A stretch of DNA of 64,000 nt, taken from NCBI GenBank assembly GCA_047495785.1, contig JBLDXI010000029.1, positions 2,852,001 to 2,916,000 on the forward strand, written 5' to 3'. This document shows positions 23,401 to 36,274 of the stretch, piece after piece; the first letter of the stretch is position 1, and each line of letters starts with the position of its first letter. This DNA comes from Lepidodermella squamata. Lineage: Eukaryota > Animalia > Gastrotricha. A program made the translations under genes and the position numbers. The notes under the pieces were generated by a model, which searched no databases, was not told where the DNA came from, and saw nothing but the letters and a program-made list of their open reading frames with translations.

Positions 23401-26400
23401 TGAATATTCATTTGATTTTATGAATTAATTTTTCTTGAAATTGAAAATAAAATTGAGAAAAAAATTAAAATTTTAATTAAAATTTGAAAAAATTCGCTCC
23501 TGGGTGGGCTCGAACCACCAACCTTTCGGTGTCCGCTTGAGTAGGCATTAACAGCCGAACGCGCTAACCAATTGCGCCACAGAAGCCGGTGATAATTAGA
23601 CGCGAGATAATAGCATTTGTCAATTACGCGTGTCCACGCACTAACAGCTCGCGTTACGTTTTTTTTATAACGAATTTATTAAGGTGGCCGACTATTATTA
23701 CTCACCGCTTTTCGTGTAAAATATTAAAATTGAAGAGCAGTTTTCCGTTGACACTATTACTCTTTCTGCTTATACCTAGGTTTCTGTCAAAATATAATCT
23801 AAGATTTTACTTTTTTAGCTTTGAAATTTTTGAATATACTCAAATATTCAGTTTCAAATAGGAACTCATGGTTTCCCTCGTATTTTCTCAATTTTAATTA
23901 TTCAAGCGAAAATTTAGCGCAAAATTCTCATTTTAGTTCCAAAGGAAACTTAAATTCCCGCTTATTTTCGGTTTTTTTCAATTTTTTTTATAATTTACCG
24001 GGTAAAACCCAAAAAATCCCGACGATGACTGGTTTGGTATTTTTTGGTAAAATAATCGGTTGGGCCCAGTTTTTCATTAACTATCAGCTCAATTTAATAA
24101 ATTTTCGAAATTTCCAATTAAAATTTTAATTAAATTGAACTCATTTAAACTCATATACTTCTGATTATTTGATGCCTTGAGCTTCTAAAACAGCGTAATT
24201 TCGTGTTTTATTGATCAAGGTGTCACTCTACAGTGCGGGTATTCAAAAATTTGTTGTCAAATTAACGCGATGAGTGTTACAAAGTTCACGCCATTGAGAC
24301 ATTATTTGAAATCTTCAAGTGGCTATATATTTTCTTAACGCTAGGTCACCGATGAATTCAAAGCCCTAATAGGCGACCTGAAACACAACGCCACAATTCA
24401 AACCGAGCAGCAAGAAAATGAAAAAACCGAAAATTTCACGCAATTCGACGGGCTAGAATTGACGGAATATTTCCTGAAGCTGCTAAATATCCTGCAATTA
24501 TCGGACGATGAAACAGCTCTCCGGGCGAAAATCGACGAGTTGGAAGCCGCGTTGAAGACGTGCGACCAGGCCGGCGATAACCTGGGCGTGTTGAAGCGGC
24601 GAATCGCCGTTCTCGAAGTCTCGCATCGATTTTTGAACGGCGAAATCGCGCTCGCCTGCTCGGAGCGTGATCGATTGGAGTTGGGTAACAATGCGACACC
24701 GCCGCCTGTTGCTGTTGTTTTGAGTGAAAATAAATGTGGCAATTGCGAGGCGTATCGAGAGAAATATCGGCGGTTGAAGAGGGACTTTCGTTGCGTTGTT
24801 AAAACGAACGCGGCTCAAAGCGAGCTGGCGGCCGGAAGTTTGCTTTCGATTTGCGCGCGCTGCTCCGTGTTGGATGCCGAGTTTAGGCACGCTATCGAGC
24901 ACAAAGAACGCGTTATCGAGCAACTGGTCGCTGATTTGCGCAGCGGAAATCAACGCGAGCAGCGGAAACCAGGCACCAGCAGCAACAACAACAGCCTGAG
25001 ATCTCGATCTAATGCTAGCCTAGTCGGACCTGGCCGGACTACGACGACTACGACTACATTATCTCGATCGTCCAGTGTTGTAACTATGCGGAGAGATCAG
25101 CCGGCAACTACTAGTACGGGTGACTATGAACCTATCGGCGATTTGCAAAAGGTGAGTGATCGCAGCAATTTGTTATGTTGGCCTAATTTGTTGCGGCGTG
25201 TTTTATTTCAAGTATTTGCCGAAATTGTGGAAACGCCTCGGTCGTCTTCGCTCTGTTGGCTCGTCGCTGTTCACTGAGCAGAAAATCTACGAAGCTATCA
25301 TCACTGCTAGGTTTGACATTTTCATAATTTCCACCTTAATTTTTCAATTTTTTCAAAACATCACGAAATTGAGCTTATTTTCGCTGAAATAAAGCTAAAA
25401 TATTGAAAAATACGAGGATAATTTCGGTGAAACGTCAACTCGTCCGCGACAAGTCATCCGGTGACAACTCATCCGCGACAACTCGTCCAGCGACAACTCA
25501 TCCGAAATTAAATAAATATTTAAATAATTATTTTTAGTGACAACTCATCCGGTGACAACTGGTCCGGCCCGGCCGAGTTGTCGCGGATGAGTTGACACTA
25601 AAATTAAATAATTAATTATTTTTTAATTATTTCAATTTTCGGACAACTCGTCCACGGTCAGCTCGTCCGAAATTCGAAATATATAACATGAGTTAGTAAA
25701 TTCAGGATGAGTTGTCGCGGATGACTTGTCCGTGGACGAGTTGTCCGAAAATTGAAATAATTAAAAAATAATTAATTATTTAATTTTAGTGTCAACTCAT
25801 CCGCGACAACTCGGCCGGGCCGGACCAGTTGTCACCGGATGAGTTGTCACTAAAAATAATTATTTAAATATTTATTTAATTTCGGATGAGTTGTCGCTGG
25901 ACGAGTTGTCGCGGATGAGTTGTCGCGGACGAGTTGACCGCGGATGAGTTGACGCCCCACGATAATTTCTCTTAAAAATCATTTGGGTGTATATTTTTTC
26001 GTCAGCTATTTCCATGTTTTGTCAGCTAATTCCAGTTTTCGTCAGAAATGCCATTTTCTGTCAGAAATGACACTTTTTTACAGCTAATTTAATATTTAAT
26101 TTATATTTATATTTAGAAGTGCTCAGTAACTCTATTTCATGCCCAGTTTCATGAAAAATAACGTAGGAAAATGTTGAAACCTTTTTCCAAAATTATTGGC
26201 TCTATGATTTGGGATTTTGATCGCACGACGTCTTAGTAGCACATGTTGATCTTGCGCGTTTACAGGTAGAAAATACCTATATAGGATTGCTACCGTAGTT
26301 TTTCCGTGGCACTACGGTAAAACTACTGTAACTAGTACGTTACAGAAATAAACCTTGATGGGACACCTTGATGTTTACAACTGAAGACGTGACTGTCTCG

Positions 26401-29400
26401 CCTGGAATGAACTTCGAAAAATTCACTAAAAGGGTATGGACAGTTTACGGTGAAATCTCGCGAATAAGTCTGGCCACGCTGTTTTTGCGTTTTTGACGCG
26501 TCATAACGTCATAAACTTGGCTGCCGGGCCCTGAAATCTATCGGGATTAAGGAACTGGGGGCACACTTTTGCGAAATTTTTCTCGCGAACAGAAGGTCGA
26601 AATGGGTTCCGGTCAGGTTTGGCTAGGGATTTATGATCAAAACATAGCACCAGCAATATTTAAAAAGATTTCCGCGCTATTTACGTGAAAATTGGGAACA
26701 CTATCTAGTTTTAATTGTGATAGTAATTAAATCAGTAATTAAATGTTAAATTAGCTGTAAAAAAGTGTCATTTCTGACAGAAAATGGTATTTCTGACGAA
26801 AACTGGAATTAGCTGACAAAACCTGGAATTAGCTGACGAAAAAACATTAACTCAATCATTTGCGTGAATTTTTCAGGCTCTATTTTAATTTTTTTCGAAA
26901 TTTTTCATTGGATGGCATTGATTATAATTTTTCGAGTTTCCGGCATCCCTCTTAGACAATTTGTCTTCCTCCCATTAGCCCTTTAAGCGCATTTACTTAT
27001 TTTATTAATTTTCTTGAAATTCTTGAAATTGTTGTATCGCAACCACCGAATCTACAGAATCGCTGCTAAATCCTGCAAAAAGCGATTTTGTAGATTCGGT
27101 GGTTGTGTTACAGAATTAAAATAATTTCAAGAAAATTAATATAATACAACATGCGCCTTAATTCGAATTCGATGATTCCTCCGAGTTATATTTGAATTTT
27201 TCAATTTTTTTATTTTTTTATCCACCATCATCATTTCACCGAAGAAATTTATCGGAGGAAAACCCTATGGTAGGTAATTATCGATATTTTAACTTTGATA
27301 TCGAATTTTTACTCGGATTATTTTATTTCTGTTGAAAGGTTGCATATAGCCATGGCATCCTAAATTCTTAGCTAAATTCGTCCTCCTTAAAGTTGAACGA
27401 TTTTCAATTTTGTTCCCATGTTTAGATCGAGTCGGTCTAAAGGCCCAAATTTCTTTTACATTGTAGACGTTTTTATTAGGCCGAATGATTAGGAAAATTT
27501 TTAGAAAATTATCGATCAATTTGATTTACTCGTAATTTATCTGAATCACTGAAGTATTTTAAGTTTTCATTTTTAAAGTGATCAAATTTTCGAAATTTGG
27601 TTTGGCAAAACGAAAAGTTTGTTGGCCACGGTGGAAGTTAGAAATTTTAACGAGGTGATTGGTACGATTTCGCTTTCAAAAAAAATGTGCCTGAAAAGCA
27701 TAGCAAATAGCAAACTCAATTCGCCCATAAACAAATTCTACTCGATTACTTATTCGACTTTCAGTCTCTAGCCGCATTATTCCGGCACGCTCTATCCATA
27801 GCCGTCGAACCGCCGAAAATAGCTGATATTAATAATTCAGTTAACATCAACAGCTCTCACCGCGCTGTCACTCGTTTCCACTTATCGCTTGCATTTGTCA
27901 TGAATTTGTTCTCCTTAAAATTTGACCGAAATTTTTGCGGTTGACGATGATTTTATATTCAATTTTTTAAGTCCCTAAACATTAAACTTGATTAAGAATT
28001 TTTCATATTTTTTGTATTATTATTTTCCTTGCATTATTTTCTGATAATTTCTGTATAATATTTATTTTAGACTTCAGCCGTTTAACGATCGCTTCATGAT
28101 GGCGTCGTCTGATTCGCCGAACAGCAGCGAGTCCGAGTCGTCGCTAATTGGCGACCTGAAGACGCTGCGCACGTTAGGCAGCCGGCTAACGAGCGCCATT
28201 GGCGACGCGGCCGCGCTCGAGGACAACGTGCGCGCCCTCGAACGGCGGTTCATTCGCCGAACCGGCTCTAAGACATCCCACCACCAGCACCAACACCAAC
28301 ACTCGAATAATGCAAACAACACCAGTGGTGGTGGGAGTGGGAGTAAAACAAACAGCAACGCAATTCAAGGTAGGCACTTGTGAAAAATTCCCAGCTCATT
28401 TTTATTTACCTAATTAACTTCTGGGCCATTATTATCGCTGTAATGAAAATTCTGGTATTTTAGTGGTTTTTATTGACGTTTCAAGTTTTACTGTTGAACA
28501 AGCAGAAAATTCTGAAATTCCTCTCCAACCAAGCGCTATTTTCCCTATTTTCACCACTTTGAATTTCACCACTTTTTTAACACTATATATTTCGATTTTT
28601 TTACATACAAATTTACTATTTTCATACCCGAAAAATGCTGGCGAAATGATGCTATTTTCCTATTCCAGTTTAAAATGATCCATACTTTTTTCTTGGTGCT
28701 ATCTTGACTTATTTGTTAAAAAATCATTCGAACTAATGAACTAATTTTTGAAAATTCGTGAAGCCGAAATATTCAAGAATTACTCGGATTTTCGATTATT
28801 TATTTCAAATCATTACAACTGCGAGTTCTCGAGTGATGATCGACCTCTTATTGGTTTTCTTATGGGTGATATGGATCATCTAGTTATTTTTAATTTTTGT
28901 AATGATCATGATCCGTGTAATAGGCCTAATATTTTACTCCTTCTTCTTTACCATCGACGAAGTATTTACAGTTTTTTATCGCGGTCAGAAATTATCCCAA
29001 ATACCATGTTCAAAACCGCAAAATCTTGATTAAATCATGAACAAAATTCCCTTGATATTTCTGGAATTTTTGCAAGATTTTGCTGTTCACCGATGAAAAT
29101 CTGTAAAATCTTGAATATGGAATCTGTAGAATTTCTCTATTTTTTACCAGAATATCTTGTAGTGGAACCAAATCGGCATTTTGCGGAACCTAATTTTAGG
29201 TAAGCAAAAGGTCGCTTTTTGAATATTTCTACGAAATTGAGGCAATGCATGAATTCCATAGTAAAGAATGCGTCTTATACAGAATTTTATGCTGAATTTA
29301 ATGATGATTTATTTCAAATTACGCTGATGAATCATGACAAGCTTTAAAGCCTTGAAAAGTGGCTTTAGGCCCATGGAAAATTCCGAAATTTGGTTCCGCT

Positions 29401-32400
29401 AAAAGTAAGACCCATTTTTTACTCGTTCGTGGATTTTTGTTTAAAAAATTTCTCCTACTTTCTCCTACTTTCAATCCCATATTAAATTTCACTGTGTAAA
29501 ATGTTAGCCCAGAGATCAATAGGAAGGTATTAGGACTTAGAACCATGTTTATTGTCTGCACCGGTAATTTTATATATGATATTTTCAAGTGATCGAAAGG
29601 CATAAACATCAAAATAAGGCCTATTTATTGCTAATTAAGTTAATTTTCCCCGCGCGTAAATAACCGCCCAAAATTCAATATTATATACTTATGCTGCAAA
29701 AATCGAATAAGTAGCCGCCGGTGGTGGTAATACCGGCTGTATTTTGTTTACCTACCGGTGCGTCGCAGGCGGGCCGGTCTGATCGCCGCTGCCACGCTGC
29801 CTGGCCGCAAGTAGCCGTATTATCGCCTAGATAAACACTCGCCCTGTGACACGTCAATATTTTGCATACAAAATGATCACGGCTATACCGATTTTTAAGG
29901 CGGAGTGGCATCTGTTATATATCATTGTTCGATTTTGCATTTTATAAATGACGATTATTACTATTTAAATAGCTTGTCTCCGTGTGTTGTTTGTTGTTTG
30001 CGCGTGCAAGGTAGGACTTTAACTGTACCTACTAGCCGTCCGCCTTAATATTTTATGCTTATTATTGCAAAACGATGACGCACCGCACCGCATCGCCGAA
30101 CCAGCGTGTTTGTTGTTTGATGAGCTGACTCTCCGCGGCCGGTAGCGCTTTTCTTGAGCGACCACCCACCACCCAGGTATACCTACATTATTCCTAATTT
30201 ATTCTGCCCAGTTTTCGGTCGAATATATACTAGAATAATGTCCCTGCCTCTTCTTTAAAACACCAGTTTGGCCAGAAATAATTGTTAGCGCAATTTTAAT
30301 TTGGCGAAATTCGGCTGTCTCTATTAAATTTTATTGCATTTGATCGAATTTTCAACTTTTTCAGACCAACTTTTCTACCTAGCTCAATTAAAGTTGACTG
30401 TGAAATTTTCTGTGGTCGAATGTTCCGAAAAAATGCTACTTCCTTGAATGAATTTTTCCAACAAATGTTTTGCAATTTCCCCAAAATATTTGCCCACAGC
30501 TAATGTTTTCTGCTATTGTTTTGATTTGAATTCGAATTTGGAGACATCGACTTTGGTGAAATTTTGTGGAATTTACTTTTTACTCTTGGTGCCTCTAAAT
30601 TAGGGCCCCTAGTGATTTTTTAGAAATTTTTTAACAGTTCATGTTTGAAATAAATGAAACTCACTTCTATTTAATTTGTTGGGTCATTTTTACTCGAAAA
30701 ATTGAACTTGGGGAAGTTGGTTTCTTCGATTTTTAACCTTATTTCCCTTGGTCCTAAATAAATCGTTCGCTCGCCTTATTCTCACTCTCAGATCACTTTT
30801 CGTTATTTTTACGAAATATTTTTAAATATTTGAAATCCGCTTTACCTTTATATACTCTGGTCTAAATAAAAAATAGTTGACCTTATTTCTTCATTCCTAA
30901 AATAATAGAATATTTACTTGCCAAATTTCAGGAAAACTAATAATTATTTTGTCGAATGAATTCAAAAAATTTGAAAATTTGAACAATTATTGCTTTTTAT
31001 GCCAATTTTTCGATTTTTCTACAGTTATAATTATTATCGATTTTTCGTATCGTATCGTATCGCATATTATAATATGATGATTTGTTTACCTAAGCTCTCC
31101 AGCCTGTCAAATTATTTATTCAGCAATTTTTACCCCGTCTAATTTCGCATACCTAATAATGCTATAATTTTTCCAAATTTTTTATTTCAATAGGTGGCCG
31201 AAGAGCTGAGAGCGTATCGCCATGCCGTCACTGCAATTGCAGTAGTATTAACTCATCGAATAACAACACATCACCGCTCCAAAATAATAATAATAACAAT
31301 AACAACAACAGCGCAGCGCCATCCGCCCATCATCAAAAGCAACATCCGCAGCCGCAATCAGCAACAGCAGTCAGCAGCGCGGCCGCCGATTCGCAGCAGG
31401 CGAAATTTGAAATGAGCGAGTTATTCGCTGAAATTCAAACGCTGAAAGACCAGTTGCAGCGCGCGATTCAAACCAATTCGGCGTTGAAGTCGAAACTCGA
31501 GGAGCAGGTCGCTGGGCCGAATTTAGCGTCGTCCAGCTCGGAGGCCGCGCTTTCGTCGACGGCCAGGCCGCTTCATATCGCGAGTGATTCGTCGCTGGAG
31601 CGGCAAGGCCATGCGCTGTCTAGTGGCAATAATAATGGCCGAATGGAGTTGAATTCGCCGCCTGGCTCTGACGGAGCGCCGAGCGTGGCCGAGTACAACG
31701 ATAATCTCAGCGTCAGCAAAAGCAACTCGAGAAATGCGAAATTGGGCAATGACAAACTTGGTAAGAATTTTTTGCATAATTTAGACCTTTTTTCAATTTT
31801 TTAGAAATTTCGAAAAGTTTGAAAATTGTAAGAATTAGGCCGTTCTCGATTTCAATTCGTGTATGCATTACTTATTAGAGGCTATTCAGTCATGAAAAAA
31901 CCGGAAATGAGTGGAATGATGCGTAAATATTTGTGTATTTGAGTGGAAAAAATAGCTCACTTACATGTATTTTTGTAATGTTTTTAGAGCTATTTTGCCA
32001 AATATACCTCATTTTCTGTAAGCCCAACGTTTTTTTCTGGAAACAGGCCATCATTTTGGCTCCAAATCATTGTACCTCGTTATGACAAAATGGTACAAAA
32101 TTGAGATTTCCGTCATCAATAATTTTCCGAATTCTTAATTCTTCAATTTTCTAGTTCATGAGTAAATTCCTATTGAATCAGAATTTCAGGCAAATTTTGG
32201 AGAATTTTACTTACCATTTATTGGACATTTTTAGGATCATTTTAGGATTTTAGAATCATTTGAGGATTTTAGGATCATTTGTTATTCTTCAACGATCTGT
32301 TAAATTCATGGTATTTTTAATTTTGTTCTTCCATTAAAATAACTCATGAATTTTTTAAAATCTAAAACATTTTCAATACCAGAAAATTCTCTCTAAAATC

Positions 32401-33877
32401 TCTAAATTAAGTAATAAATAAAATAATTTGAAACTTCGTGACTGAAAGGTGTCATCAAACAATTTTCTTTTTGCTCTTAGAGAAAACTTCATTCACAGAA
32501 TCAATTTTTCAGCGGGAAGGAAGCCGTTTTTCTAATAATTTCGAAAAGCGAAACATTAATTCATCTTGAGCAGTGAGGGTTTTATTTAATTCAGTTATTC
32601 GGATTATTCCTCATACATATCCTTATACATACATCCTTATTATGTATTATAATGCTAGAAAATTTCAGATTTCCTAGTTAGCTCATTTGTGTAACGTTCG
32701 GAATTTAGGTTCCACATAAGGGTTAATTCTTTCGAGAATCATCAACATTCTGATCCCAGAGGGCGTTTCAGGAATTGAACAGCATTTTTTCAATTATCTC
32801 TAAAACAGCCCAAACTGAGTCGCTCAATGAAGTGACTTGTCTGAATTTTCAATCTCTAAATTTTAGATTAACCCTTGATTAATCGTGTTTTTCCAATATT
32901 TAGGATCAATGGAACGAGTAGGATCCTGCTCGAGACTATCTGTCTCACCGGTCAGAAACTACTCCCCACCTGAACATTACCACCACCAACACGTTACATC
33001 AACAAACAGCTCTAACCTTTACTCGTCAAGCTTCGCTCGGCGAACATACGGCTCAACAGAGGCCTTACATAACCTTAACTCATCCACATCACAGCACGAA
33101 CAACAGCAAAACAAACGCATTAACACATCATACAGCGGGAATCACAGATCTCGCGGGCAAAACGCCGCTACCTCCCCAATTTCAACCTCACCAGTGAACG
33201 CGAGGAGTTCAAGTTCTGACGTGCGCAATCTTCAAAGCAGCGCATCAGCCGGTACGCTATTCGCAGTAGGCCGGCTTGAGGAATTCGAGCATTTAAAACG
33301 CGAAATCGAGGAGAGTTTTTCGGTGCTGCGTAGCCTCGAAAATAAGGTTAAAGCCCGCCTAGCAGTTTTAGTCCACCAGCAGCAACAAACACACGGGCCG
33401 TCATCGCCAGCAGTTCAGGCCCTTGCCGCATCAGAGGCGTTGCATTTGAAAGAGCTGCAGTTATCAGCGAGTGAGTTACGAGTTTGCCTGAACCAGCAGA
33501 AACAATTAACACAGCAATTTTCAATAAACCAACTCCCACCAACAAATGCAAGAGGCAAATTCGTAGATGTTGAACTGTTGAGTGAGAACACTCAGTTGAT
33601 TGATCAGGTCACGAATTGGAAGGGTAAATACGAGGCAGCTGAGCGGCTGTTACGCGCTATGCAGGATAGGCTCGAGCAGCGAAATCGCGCGAAAGAGGTC
33701 GCTGAAACGTCGATTTACAGTAAATTGTCGAGCCACGAGGAGGTGTTGCATCAGGTTCGGTCGAATTTGCAGCGTGGTTACGGCATGACAGACGCGAAAC
33801 CGCCGCGCAGTTACGCCGCCAATCGCACTACACCGCTTCCGGATAAAAATATCGTTGTCGCGCCGACGAAAAGTTGA
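17456..33877 (+). CDS. cnn: Centrosomin/CDK5RAP2/myomegalin-family coiled-coil protein. Exons about 17456(or 17602)-18496, 18553-18627, 19982-20373, 23017-23284, 24345-25151, 25213-25310, 28071-28369, 31194-31760, 32904-33877
   Basis: CM1-like motif TLGDMEREMAEMQKTIVDLRLRL near the N-terminus, long coiled coils, AVGRLEEFEHLKREI, and CM2-like C-terminus IYSKLSSHEEVLHQVRSNL. All listed junctions are GT-AG and phase-compatible. The 5' start is uncertain. Confidence 0.78.
19349..19672. mobile_element. Palindromic (foldback-type) MITE with 8-bp TSD
   Basis: TIR GGTTCTATGCCAATTGAGCAAAC...GTTTGCTCAATTGGCATAGAACC, internal GAGCAAAACG-type repeats, flanked by CTAAATTT on both sides. Confidence 0.85.
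20565..21194 (+). repeat. Local tandem duplication (20565-20828 repeated at 20931-21194) with an intervening 82-bp copy of the downstream exon acceptor region
   Basis: Two apparently identical 264-bp units offset by 366 bp. Positions 20853-20934 match 22953-23034. Confidence 0.9.
21059..21951 (+). mobile_element. MITE of about 890 bp, copy 1 (long subterminal inverted repeats, 8-bp TSD)
   Basis: Ends GAGTTAATGTTTTTTCGTCAGCTAA...AGCTGACGAAAAAATATACACCC with TSD ATGCCGGT. A second copy lies in reverse orientation at 25985-26853 and a partial copy at 20693-20828. Confidence 0.88.
22740..22856. repeat. Diverged dispersed repeat with an inverted homologue at about 29209-29316
   Basis: AAATTCAGCGTAAAATTCTGTATGAAAGACGCATTC...AATATTCGAAAAGCGACCTT matches the reverse complement of 29209-29316. 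Both copies are near an AATTTGGTTCCGCTAAAA motif. Confidence 0.6.
23495..23586 (-). tRNA. trnN-GUU: tRNA-Asn(GUU) with an 18-nt intron at position 37/38 (intron 23531-23548)
   Basis: GCTTCTGTGGCGCAATTGGTTAGCGCGTTCGGCTGTTA[ATGCCTACTCAAGCGGAC]ACCGAAAGGTTGGTGGTTCGAGCCCACCCAGGAGCG. Stems and A/B boxes are intact, and a T6 Pol III terminator follows. Confidence 0.93.
25426..25960. mobile_element. Palindromic foldback MITE of about 535 bp with 9-bp TSD (Mutator-like)
   Basis: Long near-perfect inverted arms built from GACAACTCRTCC repeats, flanked by GATAATTTC on both sides. Confidence 0.85.
25985..26853 (-). mobile_element. MITE of about 870 bp, copy 2 (inverted relative to 21059-21951)
   Basis: Ends GGGTGTATATTTTTTCGTCAG...GACGAAAAAACATTAACTC with TSD AATCATTT. 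The internal sequence is highly similar to the reverse complement of copy 1. Confidence 0.88.
26983..27161. mobile_element. Small hairpin element bounded by TTAA
   Basis: TTAAGCGCAT...ATGCGCCTTAA ends. Internal inverted repeat CAACCACCGAATCTACAGAATCGCT / AGCGATTTTGTAGATTCGGTGGTTG. Confidence 0.55.
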
Positions 33878-34820
33878 AACAGTTTTGCACGGGCACTTGT
33901 TGTGGTTTTCCACCTTAAATAATTTGCTACAATATTAACAATTAGCATTATATACAGCTTTTCATATGCAGTACATGCTCGATCTCATTTTATAATATTA
34001 TGCAGTATAATAATCGCGATTTTTCTTAATTTGTTGCGTTTTTACAAATTTTTGCTTGATGTCGTTTTTTTTTGGTCGATCTAGTGTCGCATACAACATT
34101 CCGCTTCGCTTTGCTCCTCTCGCTTTTTTTGTGAAATTTCAGCGACAGTAATAATAATAATGTAATACCTGTATTGATAATAACCTCTCATCTCCATAGT
34201 AATAATTGAAAATGATAGATTACTATATTATATTTATTGTCATACTAATTGAAATCAACTGAATACGTGATATGCTTGAAATAAAAAATGGATCAATTCA
34301 GAATTGTCTCTTGTTTCGACATCCGCTTTCAAATGATGTAACTGATGGCCTGTTGGAGTTCGGAAGAAACTGCATTTTGTTTCGGGGTCACTTTGGCATA
34401 CCTAAAATCAAAGGCGGTAAGGTAAAGAACCGTGAGTGTATGGGCAATCTGAAAATAGAATGTTTATTATGATTATTTCTGTTTTTATCAGGCGGGCTTC
34501 GTTGAGTAGTGATAGAGTTCTACCAAAAAATTCAACCTTCAGCCTATATAAAAGTTTATTACTAATCGAAAGAAAAATATTTCTGCCAATGGGGCTTGCA
34601 GTAGATTATATTTTTGGCCCATTTAACATTCAGTAATCACGCACAGCATGAATCAGGGGTGAAAGAAATAAACTAAAATTGTAAGGAAAGCACAAACTAA
34701 TTTGATTCATTCGATTTTCGATTATAATAATATTTACCGGTGTTATATACAACGGATATACCCAAATTCCGCAACCTTTCATTGTTCTCCAGGTTTCCGG
34801 GAAATACCGTCAGACATCTA

Positions 34821-35335
34821 GGGTTAGGTTATCTTTAGGGCGGCGTCCATTATAAAGATATTACCGTCAGATGGGGGTGACTTTAGCTGGTGGGGCGACT
34901 TTGACATGCCAAAATGGGGTGACTTTAGCATACCAAAAATCGAAGATGGTAAGGTAAATCCCCCATGAGTGGGGTACCGTTGGATAGCCTCGAGGAAATG
35001 CAGTCTGAAAATGACATACGATTTCCATTTTGATCAGATGGCTTCAAGTGAGCAATCACCTAAGTTTCAATAAAAATATGAAATTTTTTCAAAACTTCAC
35101 CTGCTATTATATGTCCCTAGGTGGGCTTTATTGATTTCCATTGCACACAGCCAGGTTGGCCTTTCTTTGGGCTATCCAACGGTACCCCACATGGGGGATT
35201 TACCTTACCATCTTCGATTTTTGGTATGCTAAAGTCACCCCATTTTGGCATGTCAAAGTCGCCCCACCAGCTAAAGTCACCCCATCTGACGGTAATATCT
35301 TTATAATGGACGCCGCCCTAAAGATAACCTAACTC
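34821..35335. mobile_element. MITE with long (about 170 bp) terminal inverted repeats, probable TA TSD
   Basis: GGGTTAGGTTATCTTTAGGGCGGCGTCCATTATAAAG... is mirrored by ...CTTTATAATGGACGCCGCCCTAAAGATAACCTAACTC, inside an ATC-TA-GAT target. Confidence 0.85.
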
Positions 35336-35470
35336 TAGATACCTTGACCCTTCTCCTATTACCATCCTGAACCCAACCTTACCCTAACTTTTATGGGAAA
35401 TGTTGGTTGGTTCTTTCTGCTACACAATGAAAAATGAAATTGCGGTGTAAATGGTAAATGGTACATTTTA

Positions 35471-36053
35471 TATATGACCGAAAATATGTGAAAAGTGGGG
35501 TTTGGCGTATTTTTCGTATTTTCAAGCAAATGGCAAAACGTATGTTGACTTGAAGAGGGACGATTCTTGGATTCCTAGATGTCTTTACTCAGTTTTTCTT
35601 GAGGATTTCGAATTTTCAAATTTCAGACCTCTATGAGGCTCCCATCCGCCTTAAAATACGGAAAACCCCAGCGCAGCCCTGAAAAGTGTTATTGATTCAG
35701 GTTGTCGTAGAGACACCATCTTAATCCCAACGAAACTTTTGAAAATATAGCGAGATTCCTCACCTCAGATTACCCTTAGAAACGTCAACTGTGCATAAGA
35801 AAATAATATCAGAATTTATTGCGTGGGGAATTTTTAAATGATGCAATAAAAAACTAAATTTTTAAGCCATTTTTTGAAATTTGCATTTTTTCGCTCGTAT
35901 ACTTTCAAGCCCATTTTCTCACAAACCCTGATGAATATCAACCCCTTTCTTATACCGTTCGACTCCTCGTTAATAGATCTTGAGAGTGGCATCAAAATCT
36001 CACTATGTCAAAAATTTCGCCAAACCCCACTTTCACTTATTTTCGGTCATATA
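35471..36053. mobile_element. MITE with about 35-bp imperfect TIRs, TA-flanked
   Basis: TATATGACCGAAAATATGTGAAAAGTGGGGTTTGGCG ... CGCCAAACCCCACTTTCACTTATTTTCGGTCATATA. Confidence 0.75.
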
Positions 36054-36274
36054 GAGGTTATGCAGAAAATGGAGGTGCGGAATCCGTTTCAAGCTCGATG
36101 ATCTCGACAAAACAGAAATCTAAATTTTTAATCACAGATCAGAGCTATAGCAAAAATGGGAAAATATGAATAGTTCAAACTACGTAAATTATATTTCTAG
36201 GCTTAACTCTCGCTTGAAATGCAGTTGAGCTCGATGGCTCTCATACTCGCATTCTTTGCCTGAGTCTTTTATGA

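Noticed and set aside
19349-25960. Short repeated units (GAGCAAAACG, GACAACTCATCC) that could mimic a CRISPR array
   Set aside because: They are internal repeats of palindromic MITEs with TSDs. There are no unique spacers or cas genes, and the context is eukaryotic.
27230-30176. Possible extra or alternative centrosomin exons or an internal promoter (27230-27272, 27765-27890, 29700-30176)
   Set aside because: Splice sites are incomplete or phase-incompatible, and the gene model closes without them.
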